DNA from: Caldimicrobium thiodismutans
Lineage (GTDB): Bacteria > Desulfobacterota > Thermodesulfobacteria > Thermodesulfobacteriales > Thermodesulfobacteriaceae
Assembly: GCF_001548275.1 (NCBI RefSeq)
Contig: NZ_AP014945.1
Span: forward strand, 240,001 to 272,000
Length of the DNA: 32,000 nucleotides
Direction: 5' to 3'
The notes beneath the pieces are model-generated. The model did not search any database and had not been told where the DNA came from. It saw only the letters and a list, made by a program, of their open reading frames with translations. Numbering within the stretch: the first letter of the stretch is position 1; every line of letters starts with the position of its first letter. The position numbers were made by a program, and so were the translations under genes. Positions 13,846-20,816 of the stretch are shown here, piece by piece.

Positions 13846-15135
13846 ATGAGAAATCAAAAACTTCCACCCCCTGAGGTTATAAAAAATTCTTACTTAGCTG
13901 ATTTTCATTTGCACTCAAAATATAGTCGAGCAAGCTCAAAAAATATGGAACCCCGGGCTCTCTCAAAAATGGGAGCTCTTAAAGGCCTTGACCTTCTTGG
14001 AACAGGAGATTTTACCCATCCCCTTTACCTTCAGGAACTTAAAGAATACCTGGAGTATGAAAGGGACTCAGGTTTCTATGTGGTAAAAAACGGAGATAAA
14101 GGTCCAAGATTTCTGCTCTCTGCAGAGATTTCTCTAATTTTCACTCAGAACCAAAAGACCAACCGCAGGATTCACCTGATCTTGATTGCCCCTAATTTTC
14201 AGGTAGTTGAAGAAATAAACCTTTACTTATCTAAATTAGGAAACCTCTCAGCTGACGGAAGACCAACTTTTGGGATTTCTGCTGAAAGGTTGACATTGGA
14301 TCTTTTGAAGATTTCTCCAGATATACTTGTGATTCCAGCCCATGCCTGGACTCCATGGTATTCAGTATTTGGGGCCTTCTCTGGCTTTGATACCCTTGAA
14401 GAGGCCTTTGGAGAGGCTACTCCCTATATCTATGCCATTGAAACAGGGCTATCTTCGGATCCTGAAATGAACTGGAGGATCTCTGCCCTTGACAAAATTG
14501 CCTTAGTTTCAAACTCTGATGCTCACTCACCCGGAAAGATTGGCAGGGAGGCTACAGCCTTTTTTTATCCCATGACTTATGAAAACTTTTATCGATCTAT
14601 AAAGGAAAATAAAATTGCCTATACCATTGAATTTTATCCTGAAGAAGGTAAATATCATCTTGATGGACATAGGTCTTGCAAGGTTTCACTTAATCCTAAA
14701 GAGACCATTGAGCTTGGATATATTTGTCCAGTCTGTGGACAACCATTGACTATTGGTGTTCTTCATCGGATTGAGAAACTTGCCGATAGACCCGATAATT
14801 TAATTCCAGAAAATAAACCCTATTCTGTGCACTTAGTTCCTCTTGTTGAAATTCTGGCTGAGGTTTTCAATCTTAATCCCAATACCAAAACTCTTCAAAA
14901 ACTTTATGACCAATATGTTGAGAAAATTGGAACTGAGTTTGACATTCTACTAAAGAAAAATCTCAGTGAACTTTCTTCATTGTTACCAGAGAAGCTTTAT
15001 CTTGCGATAAAACGCGTTAGAGAAGGACGGGTCTATGTCAAAGGAGGGTATGACGGAGTCTATGGGATAGTCAAGATATTTGAAGAGCCTGAACCTGAAA
15101 ATTGCCCCTTTCCCAAACAAAAAAGTCTTTTTTAG
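13846..15135 (+). CDS. Endonuclease Q-like PHP-domain nuclease (TIGR00375-type)
   Basis: N-terminal PHP motif ADFHLHSKYSRASS, then GTGDFTHP, IPAHAWTPW, SNSDAHSP, and the Zn-finger/helix CPVCGQPLTIGVLHRIEKLADR. Length is 429 aa. Confidence 0.75.
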   Translation: MRNQKLPPPEVIKNSYLADFHLHSKYSRASSKNMEPRALSKMGALKGLDLLGTGDFTHPLYLQELKEYLEYERDSGFYVVKNGDKGPRFLLSAEISLIFTQNQKTNRRIHLILIAPNFQVVEEINLYLSKLGNLSADGRPTFGISAERLTLDLLKISPDILVIPAHAWTPWYSVFGAFSGFDTLEEAFGEATPYIYAIETGLSSDPEMNWRISALDKIALVSNSDAHSPGKIGREATAFFYPMTYENFYRSIKENKIAYTIEFYPEEGKYHLDGHRSCKVSLNPKETIELGYICPVCGQPLTIGVLHRIEKLADRPDNLIPENKPYSVHLVPLVEILAEVFNLNPNTKTLQKLYDQYVEKIGTEFDILLKKNLSELSSLLPEKLYLAIKRVREGRVYVKGGYDGVYGIVKIFEEPEPENCPFPKQKSLF

Positions 15136-15245
15136 AAAAAATTTTTTGACAAAAATGTCATTAACGGTTTTAAAATAAAAGGATTTTATTTAAATGATTT
15201 GGGTATAATTTTTGATAATTTATTTAAAAAAAAGGGAGGTGGCTG

Positions 15246-15974
15246 ATGATGAAAAAGTTAAGTTTATGGTTGGGTTTGGTAGCTATACTTTTGGCCTTTA
15301 ACCTTTCAAGCTTTGCAAGTGATATTAATTTGGGTATTTCCCTTGGAGATGGAAAACTCAGAAGTTTTTATTTTTCCTTAAGTGATTACTATAGAATCCC
15401 GGAAGAGCAAATCATAATCATTAAAAAGCGCTATCCAATCATAGTGGAAGAGGAACTCCCAGTTATTTTATTAATCGTCAGGGAAGCTGGTGTATCTCCA
15501 GATGTAATTGTTGAACTTAGAAGAAAAGGGTATTCCTGGTATGACATCCTGATCAGATTCAGAATTTATCCAGAGGTTGTCTTTAAAAGATACATTATTT
15601 ATGGTCCACCTTATGGAAAGGCCTGGGGTTATCATAAAAAGAAAAAGGTTGTTTTTGTAGATGATGATATTATTTTTCTATCTAATGTTAAATTTCTTTC
15701 CGAATATTACAGAGAAGTCCCAGATGTGGTCATTAAATACAAAGAAAAACATCCAAGATTTGTAGATGTGCATTATGAAATCTATGAACATAAAAAAGGA
15801 GAAAGGGAAAAATTTAAAGAGAAAGAAGAGAAAGAATTCAGAGAGAGAGATAGAGAACAAAGAGATTACAGAGATTCAAAAGATTATATGAATCAAAAAG
15901 ATAAAGACTTTTATAATGAAAAAGAAGGAAAAGGACCTAAAGAAAAACATCGGGGTAAAAAAGAAAAGGATTAA
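15246..15974 (+). CDS. Secreted hypothetical protein with an internal repeat and a K/E/R/D-rich tail
   Basis: SD GGGAGGTGG. The signal peptide MMKKLSLWLGLVAILLAFNLSSFA|SD is type I. The motif S(D/E)YYR..P..(I/V)I..K.(K/R).(P) occurs twice. The last 65 or so residues are mostly charged. Confidence 0.65.
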   Translation: MMKKLSLWLGLVAILLAFNLSSFASDINLGISLGDGKLRSFYFSLSDYYRIPEEQIIIIKKRYPIIVEEELPVILLIVREAGVSPDVIVELRRKGYSWYDILIRFRIYPEVVFKRYIIYGPPYGKAWGYHKKKKVVFVDDDIIFLSNVKFLSEYYREVPDVVIKYKEKHPRFVDVHYEIYEHKKGEREKFKEKEEKEFRERDREQRDYRDSKDYMNQKDKDFYNEKEGKGPKEKHRGKKEKD

Positions 15975-15983
15975 GTTATAAAA

Positions 15984-16009
15984 AAGAAGGGGGCATAAGC
16001 CCCCTTCTT
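15984..16009. terminator. Bidirectional intrinsic terminator between convergent genes
   Basis: AAGAAGGGGGC-ATAA-GCCCCCTTCTT has an 11-bp stem. An A-run lies upstream, which gives a T-run for the minus-strand transcript. Confidence 0.8.
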
Positions 16010-16022
16010 ACTTTGAGTTTTC

Positions 16023-16253
16023 TTACTTCTTTTCAGCGGGTTTTTCTGCCTTGGGTTGCTCGGCTGGAGCAGCACCAGTCTGATTCTCAGCAGGCTGAGC
16101 GGGCTGAGCAGGTTGAGCAGGCTGGGCAGGCTGTTCTGCCTTGGGCTGTTCAGGAGCTGGGGCAGGAGCTTCTTCTTTCTTCTTGCATCCAGCAGTAACT
16201 CCAATCACTCCAGCGACAGCAAGAGAAAGCAGTAAAGACATCAGCTTTTTCAT
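16023..16253 (-). CDS. Small (76 aa) Pro/Ala/Gln/Glu/Lys-rich lipoprotein
   Basis: SD GGAGGAGGGAG. Signal peptide MKKLMSLLLSLAVAGVIGVTAG|C. The mature part is low complexity with (PAQ)x4. The gene has its own promoter and is followed by the terminator at 15984-16009. Confidence 0.7.
   Translation of the reverse strand: MKKLMSLLLSLAVAGVIGVTAGCKKKEEAPAPAPEQPKAEQPAQPAQPAQPAQPAENQTGAAPAEQPKAEKPAEKK
16091..16135. repeat. Five imperfect tandem 9-bp units (CAGGCTGAG-like) encoding the PAQ repeats
   Basis: CAGGCTGAG CGGGCTGAG CAGGTTGAG CAGGCTGGG CAGGCTGTT. This is a locally GC-rich patch. Confidence 0.85.
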
Positions 16254-16289
16254 GGCAACTCCCTCCTCCTATGTTTTTTAATTTTGGTT

Positions 16290-16319
16290 ATATTATTCTC
16301 CTACTCTTAATTTTGTCAA
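16290..16319 (-). promoter_or_regulatory. Putative promoter of the small lipoprotein gene
   Basis: On the minus strand: TTGACA (16319-16314), an 18-nt spacer, then TAATAT (16295-16290). Confidence 0.45.
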
Positions 16320-16343
16320 GAGGGAATTTTTTAATTTCAGCTT

Positions 16344-17198
16344 TTAAACAAAAAGTCTTCCCAGTAAAAGAGTTCTTCTATAAATACGGGGCAAAATTTT
16401 TTCTATTGTCTTTGAATCCAATCCTGAAACCTCTAACAAGTTTTCTGGAACCTTATAATTAAAGGCATCTACACCACCAGTTATCCCAAGCAGAGAAACT
16501 ATAATATTTGATAAAGCCACTATTGCTGAGACCTTAGATTGCACCATGAGGTCAGGATCATGGTGAGCTCTGACTGCAAAATAAATCTCCTCTGGAAATT
16601 TCCAGCGCTTAAGAAGATACCCTCCCACCATTCCGTGATCCACACCCAGAGCTAACCACTCAATTTGCATAAAATCCCACTTAGGGTTTTCCTCAGAAAT
16701 CTGATGAAACCTTTTCTCCTCAAGATTTGTATAAAGGTCAAGCACAATCTTTCCAAGGTCATGCAAAATTGAGGCGATATAGAGACTTTCTTTTTTTTCA
16801 ACTGATAATTTAAGTTCATGGGCAATTTCTTCTGCTGCAATCCCACATACAATAGAATGTAACCAGATATCCTCGGCACTTAACCCATAGCCAGTTAAGT
16901 CCTTAGAAAAATATTTGCCTGACACTGAAGCAAGAAGAATAAATTTTATCTGATCCACTCCAAGTAGCATAAAGGCCTTTAAAAGGGAATCCACCTTTTG
17001 GGGGAGAGAAAAGGCAGCTGAATTAACAAGTTTCAAAAAATTAGCTGCTATAGCTGGATCACTTTTCACAATCTCTTCAAGACTCTTATAATCTACTTCA
17101 TCTTCTCTCAGAAGCTCAAGGGCCCTTTGGGCTGTTTTAGGAAAAGGCGGTAAGTTATCAACTTTCTCAAAAATCTTTTCCAAAATAAATTCACTCAT
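16344..17198 (-). CDS. HDOD-domain (HD-related output domain) signalling protein
   Basis: PPFPKTAQRALELLRED..D...L..IV..DPAIAANFLKLVNSAAF, LHDLGKIVL and RAHHDP. I prefer the ATG at 17198, which has the SD AGGTGGAAAG and an 8-nt overlap (ATGAGTGA) with the upstream gene, over the ORF-track start at 17249. Confidence 0.8.
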   Translation of the reverse strand: MSEFILEKIFEKVDNLPPFPKTAQRALELLREDEVDYKSLEEIVKSDPAIAANFLKLVNSAAFSLPQKVDSLLKAFMLLGVDQIKFILLASVSGKYFSKDLTGYGLSAEDIWLHSIVCGIAAEEIAHELKLSVEKKESLYIASILHDLGKIVLDLYTNLEEKRFHQISEENPKWDFMQIEWLALGVDHGMVGGYLLKRWKFPEEIYFAVRAHHDPDLMVQSKVSAIVALSNIIVSLLGITGGVDAFNYKVPENLLEVSGLDSKTIEKILPRIYRRTLLLGRLFV

Positions 17199-17670
17199 AT
17201 CTTTCCACCTTATTTTTGATTTTGATCTCAAAGTAACCTTCTTTTCCATTGAGATAAAGGCGAAGCGGGCTAGAAAAATTAACTTTTTTAATTACCCTTT
17301 CCCATATTCCATTTTTTTTGAACCAGGCCTCAGCAACCTTTAAATTTTTTTCCGCAAGATCTAAAAATTGCGGATTAACTCTGAATTTGCTGGCACCGAC
17401 AATTATCCATTTGCAGTCATCAAAATTTATTTTTAACTTTTCAAGCTCAGTATTAAAGATGTTTAAAATTGTTTCTCCTGAATAAATCTCCCCTTCATCC
17501 AATTCCAAGTCATTTTCTTTATAAGGAAAAATATAGCTCAAAACCCCATAAATCATTTTATTGGGATTAATAAAGCCAATAGCTATCCCTGCTCCCAGAG
17601 AATCACTAACCAAAGTAATGGCCTTTTTTTGTATTATTTCATATGTCCCTTTAGCTACTTTAAGTATCAT
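17191..17670 (-). CDS. CheD-fold protein that appears to lack the deamidase catalytic Cys (CheD-like pseudoenzyme candidate)
   Basis: The 159-aa protein is collinear with CheD. The segment ..ITLVSDSLGAGIAIGFINPNKMIYGVLSYIFP.. corresponds to CheD ..LGSC(V/L).V...DP..K.GG.AH.MLP. IVGASKF corresponds to (I/V).GGA.MF. An AGGAG SD sits right after the hom stop. Confidence 0.5.
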   Translation of the reverse strand: MILKVAKGTYEIIQKKAITLVSDSLGAGIAIGFINPNKMIYGVLSYIFPYKENDLELDEGEIYSGETILNIFNTELEKLKINFDDCKWIIVGASKFRVNPQFLDLAEKNLKVAEAWFKKNGIWERVIKKVNFSSPLRLYLNGKEGYFEIKIKNKVERYE

Positions 17671-17680
17671 AAATACTCCT

Positions 17681-18976
17681 TTAATCCAGAATTCTTAAAC
17701 GCTTAGTTTTCCCTTTTACTATATCCAAAGTATCAATCTCTTTCAAGGCTGAGATAACCTTTTCTTCTTTTGTTTCATGTGTTAACATTACAATTGGAAC
17801 AGCCCCTTTTCTTTTTTGCCTCCCGATCTGCACAACGGAGGCTATACTGATTCCATATTTCCCGAGCACTCCTGCAATCTTTGAAAGAACTCCCGGCCTA
17901 TCTACAGCAGAGAAACGAAAATAATACTTAAAAACTCCCTCCTCTATAGGTCTAATAAAGGATTCTTTTTCTTCCCTTTTAGGATAAGGGATCAAGGGAT
18001 GATTTTTAGCAAAAAGATATTCCGCTGAAGACACAATGTCTCCAACCACAGCACTTGCTGTTGGTTCTTTTCCAGCGCCAAGACCATAAAGCAAGATATC
18101 TCCTACAAAATCTCCTCTTATTAATATTGCATTATAATTAAATCTTACAGAAGTCAAGATATGATTTTCTGGTAAAAGGGCTGGATGAACTCGAATTTCA
18201 ATCTGATTTTTGATTTTTCTGGCCTCAGCAATTAATTTTACTATGTAGCCAAAATCTCTGGAGAACTGAAGATCCATTAAATCGACCTCATCTAAACCCT
18301 CAACATATACTTTGTTATAGGGGATGTAAAACCCAAAGGCAAGGCTGGCAAGAATTGAGATTTTATGAGCTGAATCAATTCCTCTAAGATCAAGGCTTGG
18401 ATCTGCCTCTGCATAGCCTTTATTTTGAGCCTCTTCAAGGGCTTTCTCAAAAGAAAGGTTCTGCTCAAGCATTCTGGTTAGGATGTAATTAGTGGTACCG
18501 TTGATGATTCCTGTGACTCTTTCAATTTGATTTCCTATCAAGGCCTCTCTTAGGGTCTTTATAACAGGAATACCCCCACCCACAGAGGCCTCAAATCCAA
18601 GAAAAATTCTCTTTTTTTCAGCAAGCTCAAAAATTTCTGCCCCTGCCTCAGCCAGCACAGCCTTATTGGCAGTGACCACAAGCTTCCCTTTATCTAAGGC
18701 AGATAAGATATAGGTTTTAGCTGGCTCAACCCCACCCATAAGCTCACAGATAATAGAAATCTCTTTATCCTCCAAGATCTCCTTAAAATCCGTAGTTAAA
18801 AGTTCATCCGGTGCCTGACTTTCTCTTTTTTTGGCCTTATCTCTTACAAGTATTTTTTTAATATTAAATTCAAGGCCAAGTTTTTCCCCAAGATGCCTTT
18901 TATTTTTTTGTAAAAGCTCGTAAACGCCCTGACCAACGGTTCCAAATCCAAGTAAGGCTATCTTTATTTCTTTCAA
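17681..18976 (-). CDS. hom: Homoserine dehydrogenase (with C-terminal ACT domain)
   Basis: IALLGFGTVGQGV Rossmann motif, the central homoserine dehydrogenase region, and a C-terminal ACT domain (DRPGVLSKIAGVLG). I place the start at TTG 18976, preceded by AAGGAGGG, which gives 431 aa. Alternative ATGs are at 19003, 19036 and 19081, and all overlap nrdJ. Confidence 0.85.
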   Translation of the reverse strand: MKEIKIALLGFGTVGQGVYELLQKNKRHLGEKLGLEFNIKKILVRDKAKKRESQAPDELLTTDFKEILEDKEISIICELMGGVEPAKTYILSALDKGKLVVTANKAVLAEAGAEIFELAEKKRIFLGFEASVGGGIPVIKTLREALIGNQIERVTGIINGTTNYILTRMLEQNLSFEKALEEAQNKGYAEADPSLDLRGIDSAHKISILASLAFGFYIPYNKVYVEGLDEVDLMDLQFSRDFGYIVKLIAEARKIKNQIEIRVHPALLPENHILTSVRFNYNAILIRGDFVGDILLYGLGAGKEPTASAVVGDIVSSAEYLFAKNHPLIPYPKREEKESFIRPIEEGVFKYYFRFSAVDRPGVLSKIAGVLGKYGISIASVVQIGRQKRKGAVPIVMLTHETKEEKVISALKEIDTLDIVKGKTKRLRILD

Positions 18977-18986
18977 GGTTCCCTCC

Positions 18987-20816
18987 TTATTGACATTTAT
19001 CATATCCACAGGAACCACAAAAGAGGCAAGTTCCATGCACCTCAAGGTCTTCCCCACACTTAGGACATACCATTTTTCCACCCTCTCCTTTCTTAATATA
19101 GATTACCTGCTCGGGTTTTGAACCATATCTATATACTGTAACTCCCTTTAAGCCCCATTCATAAGCGGTAAGATAAATCCTTTTGATTTCCTCAGGGGTT
19201 GTATCCTCCGGAAGATTTATCGTTTTTGAAACAGCATTGTGAGTATATTTTTGAAAGATTCTCTGAATAGAAAGATGAATATCTGGGGAAATCTCAAAGG
19301 CGGTTAAAAAAAGTTTTTTAAGAGGTTCTTTAAGGTTTATTTTACTGATAAGCCCCTTTTCCATTATTTCAGCTTGAAGGGCTTCTATCTCCCTTTCACT
19401 GTAGCCTTCTTCTGAAAGGATCTCCTCAAAGAGAGGATGCACCTCTTTTATAATAATGCCCCCCAAGGTCTTTCTCTCATAATATATGCCAAAAAGAGGC
19501 TCAATACTTGATGAAACTCCAGCAATGAGTGATAGCGTTCCCGTAGGGGCAATAGTTGTGGTCGTGGCATTCCTTAAAGGGGGATACCCCCATTGATCCC
19601 AAAGGCTACCAGGAAAGGCAGGAAAGGCTCCCCTTTCTTCAGCTAAAACTGCTGAAGCCCTGAGGGATTCCTGATTTATGAAACTCATCACTTTTTCAGC
19701 TATCTCAAGAGCCCTCTCTTCGCTATAAGCTATTCTTAATTTTATAAGCATATCTGCAAAGCCCATAACCCCAAGCCCAATCTTACGATTAAGGGTGGTA
19801 ATTTTAGCTATTTGAGGAAGGGGAAAGCGATTAACCTCAATGACATCATCTAAAAATCTTACTGCAAGCTCTATGGTCTCTTTTAGTCTATCCCAGTCCA
19901 GGTCTCCGTCTTTTACAAAGTTGGCAAGATTGATTGAACCAAGATTACAGGACTCAAAGGGCAAAAGAGGCTGTTCACCACAGGGATTGGTTGCCTCAAT
20001 ATGGCCCAGATTAGGTGTAGGATTAAAACGATTTATGGTATCAAGAAAGATAACCCCTGGGTCTCCTGTCTCCCAGGCCTTTTCTACTAAAAGATCAAAA
20101 AGTTTTTGAGAGGAAACCTCAGTTACTACCTTGCCTGTGCGAGGATTAATCAATGCATAAGGCTCCCCTTTTTTTAAGGCCTCAATAAAATTATCCTTTA
20201 TGCCCACGGAGATATTAAAATTTGTAAGAACTCCCGTTGTACTTTTAATGGTTATAAATTCTTCAATATCAGGGTGATCCACATTCAGGATACCCATATT
20301 TGCACCACGCCTTTTCCCACCCTGTTTAATGGCCTCGGTTGCAGAATCATATACCTGCATAAAGGAAACCGGACCACTGGCAACCCCAGAGGTTGAAAAA
20401 ACAATATCTCCTTTGGGACGCAGGCGTGAAAAATTAAAACCTGTTCCACCGCCAGACTTATGAATAAGGGCTGCATACTTCAGGGTCTCAAAGATAGAAT
20501 CTAAGGAGTCATAAACAGGAAGGACAAAACAAGCTGAAAGTTGCCCCAGAGGTCTTCCTGCATTCATCAAAGTAGGAGAGTTAGGTAAAAAATCAAGGGC
20601 TGCCATTAACTCGTAAAATCTCTCCCCATAATACTCCCACTTAGAACTACTCTTACGGAAATTTTTTTCCCCTTCAGCCACACTAAAAGCAACTCTCTCA
20701 AAAAGGGCTTCCGGAGTCTCTACAATTTGATTTTCTTCATCTCTAACGAGATACCGCGCCTGAAGGACAATTAAGGCTGATTCCTTTAGCTTAGGGGTTA
20801 TCTTTCTTCTCTTCAT
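18987..20816 (-). CDS. nrdJ: Class II (adenosylcobalamin-dependent) ribonucleotide reductase with a C-terminal Cys-rich zinc-finger tail
   Basis: SACFV, NPCGEQPL and SCNLGSINL active-site motifs. There is no ATP-cone. The C-terminus reads CPKCGEDLEVHGTCLFCGSCGYDKC. Confidence 0.88.
   Translation of the reverse strand: MKRRKITPKLKESALIVLQARYLVRDEENQIVETPEALFERVAFSVAEGEKNFRKSSSKWEYYGERFYELMAALDFLPNSPTLMNAGRPLGQLSACFVLPVYDSLDSIFETLKYAALIHKSGGGTGFNFSRLRPKGDIVFSTSGVASGPVSFMQVYDSATEAIKQGGKRRGANMGILNVDHPDIEEFITIKSTTGVLTNFNISVGIKDNFIEALKKGEPYALINPRTGKVVTEVSSQKLFDLLVEKAWETGDPGVIFLDTINRFNPTPNLGHIEATNPCGEQPLLPFESCNLGSINLANFVKDGDLDWDRLKETIELAVRFLDDVIEVNRFPLPQIAKITTLNRKIGLGVMGFADMLIKLRIAYSEERALEIAEKVMSFINQESLRASAVLAEERGAFPAFPGSLWDQWGYPPLRNATTTTIAPTGTLSLIAGVSSSIEPLFGIYYERKTLGGIIIKEVHPLFEEILSEEGYSEREIEALQAEIMEKGLISKINLKEPLKKLFLTAFEISPDIHLSIQRIFQKYTHNAVSKTINLPEDTTPEEIKRIYLTAYEWGLKGVTVYRYGSKPEQVIYIKKGEGGKMVCPKCGEDLEVHGTCLFCGSCGYDKCQ

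Noticed and set aside
15971-16204. Two alternative frames over the PAQ-repeat region (15971-16204 minus strand, 16013-16198 plus strand), plus the 16271-16462 plus-strand ORF.
   Set aside because: The frame at 16023-16253 (minus strand) is the only one with a strong SD, a lipoprotein signal peptide, a promoter and a downstream terminator. The others are repeat-driven open frames. The 16271-16462 ORF spans that promoter and the 3' end of the HDOD gene.
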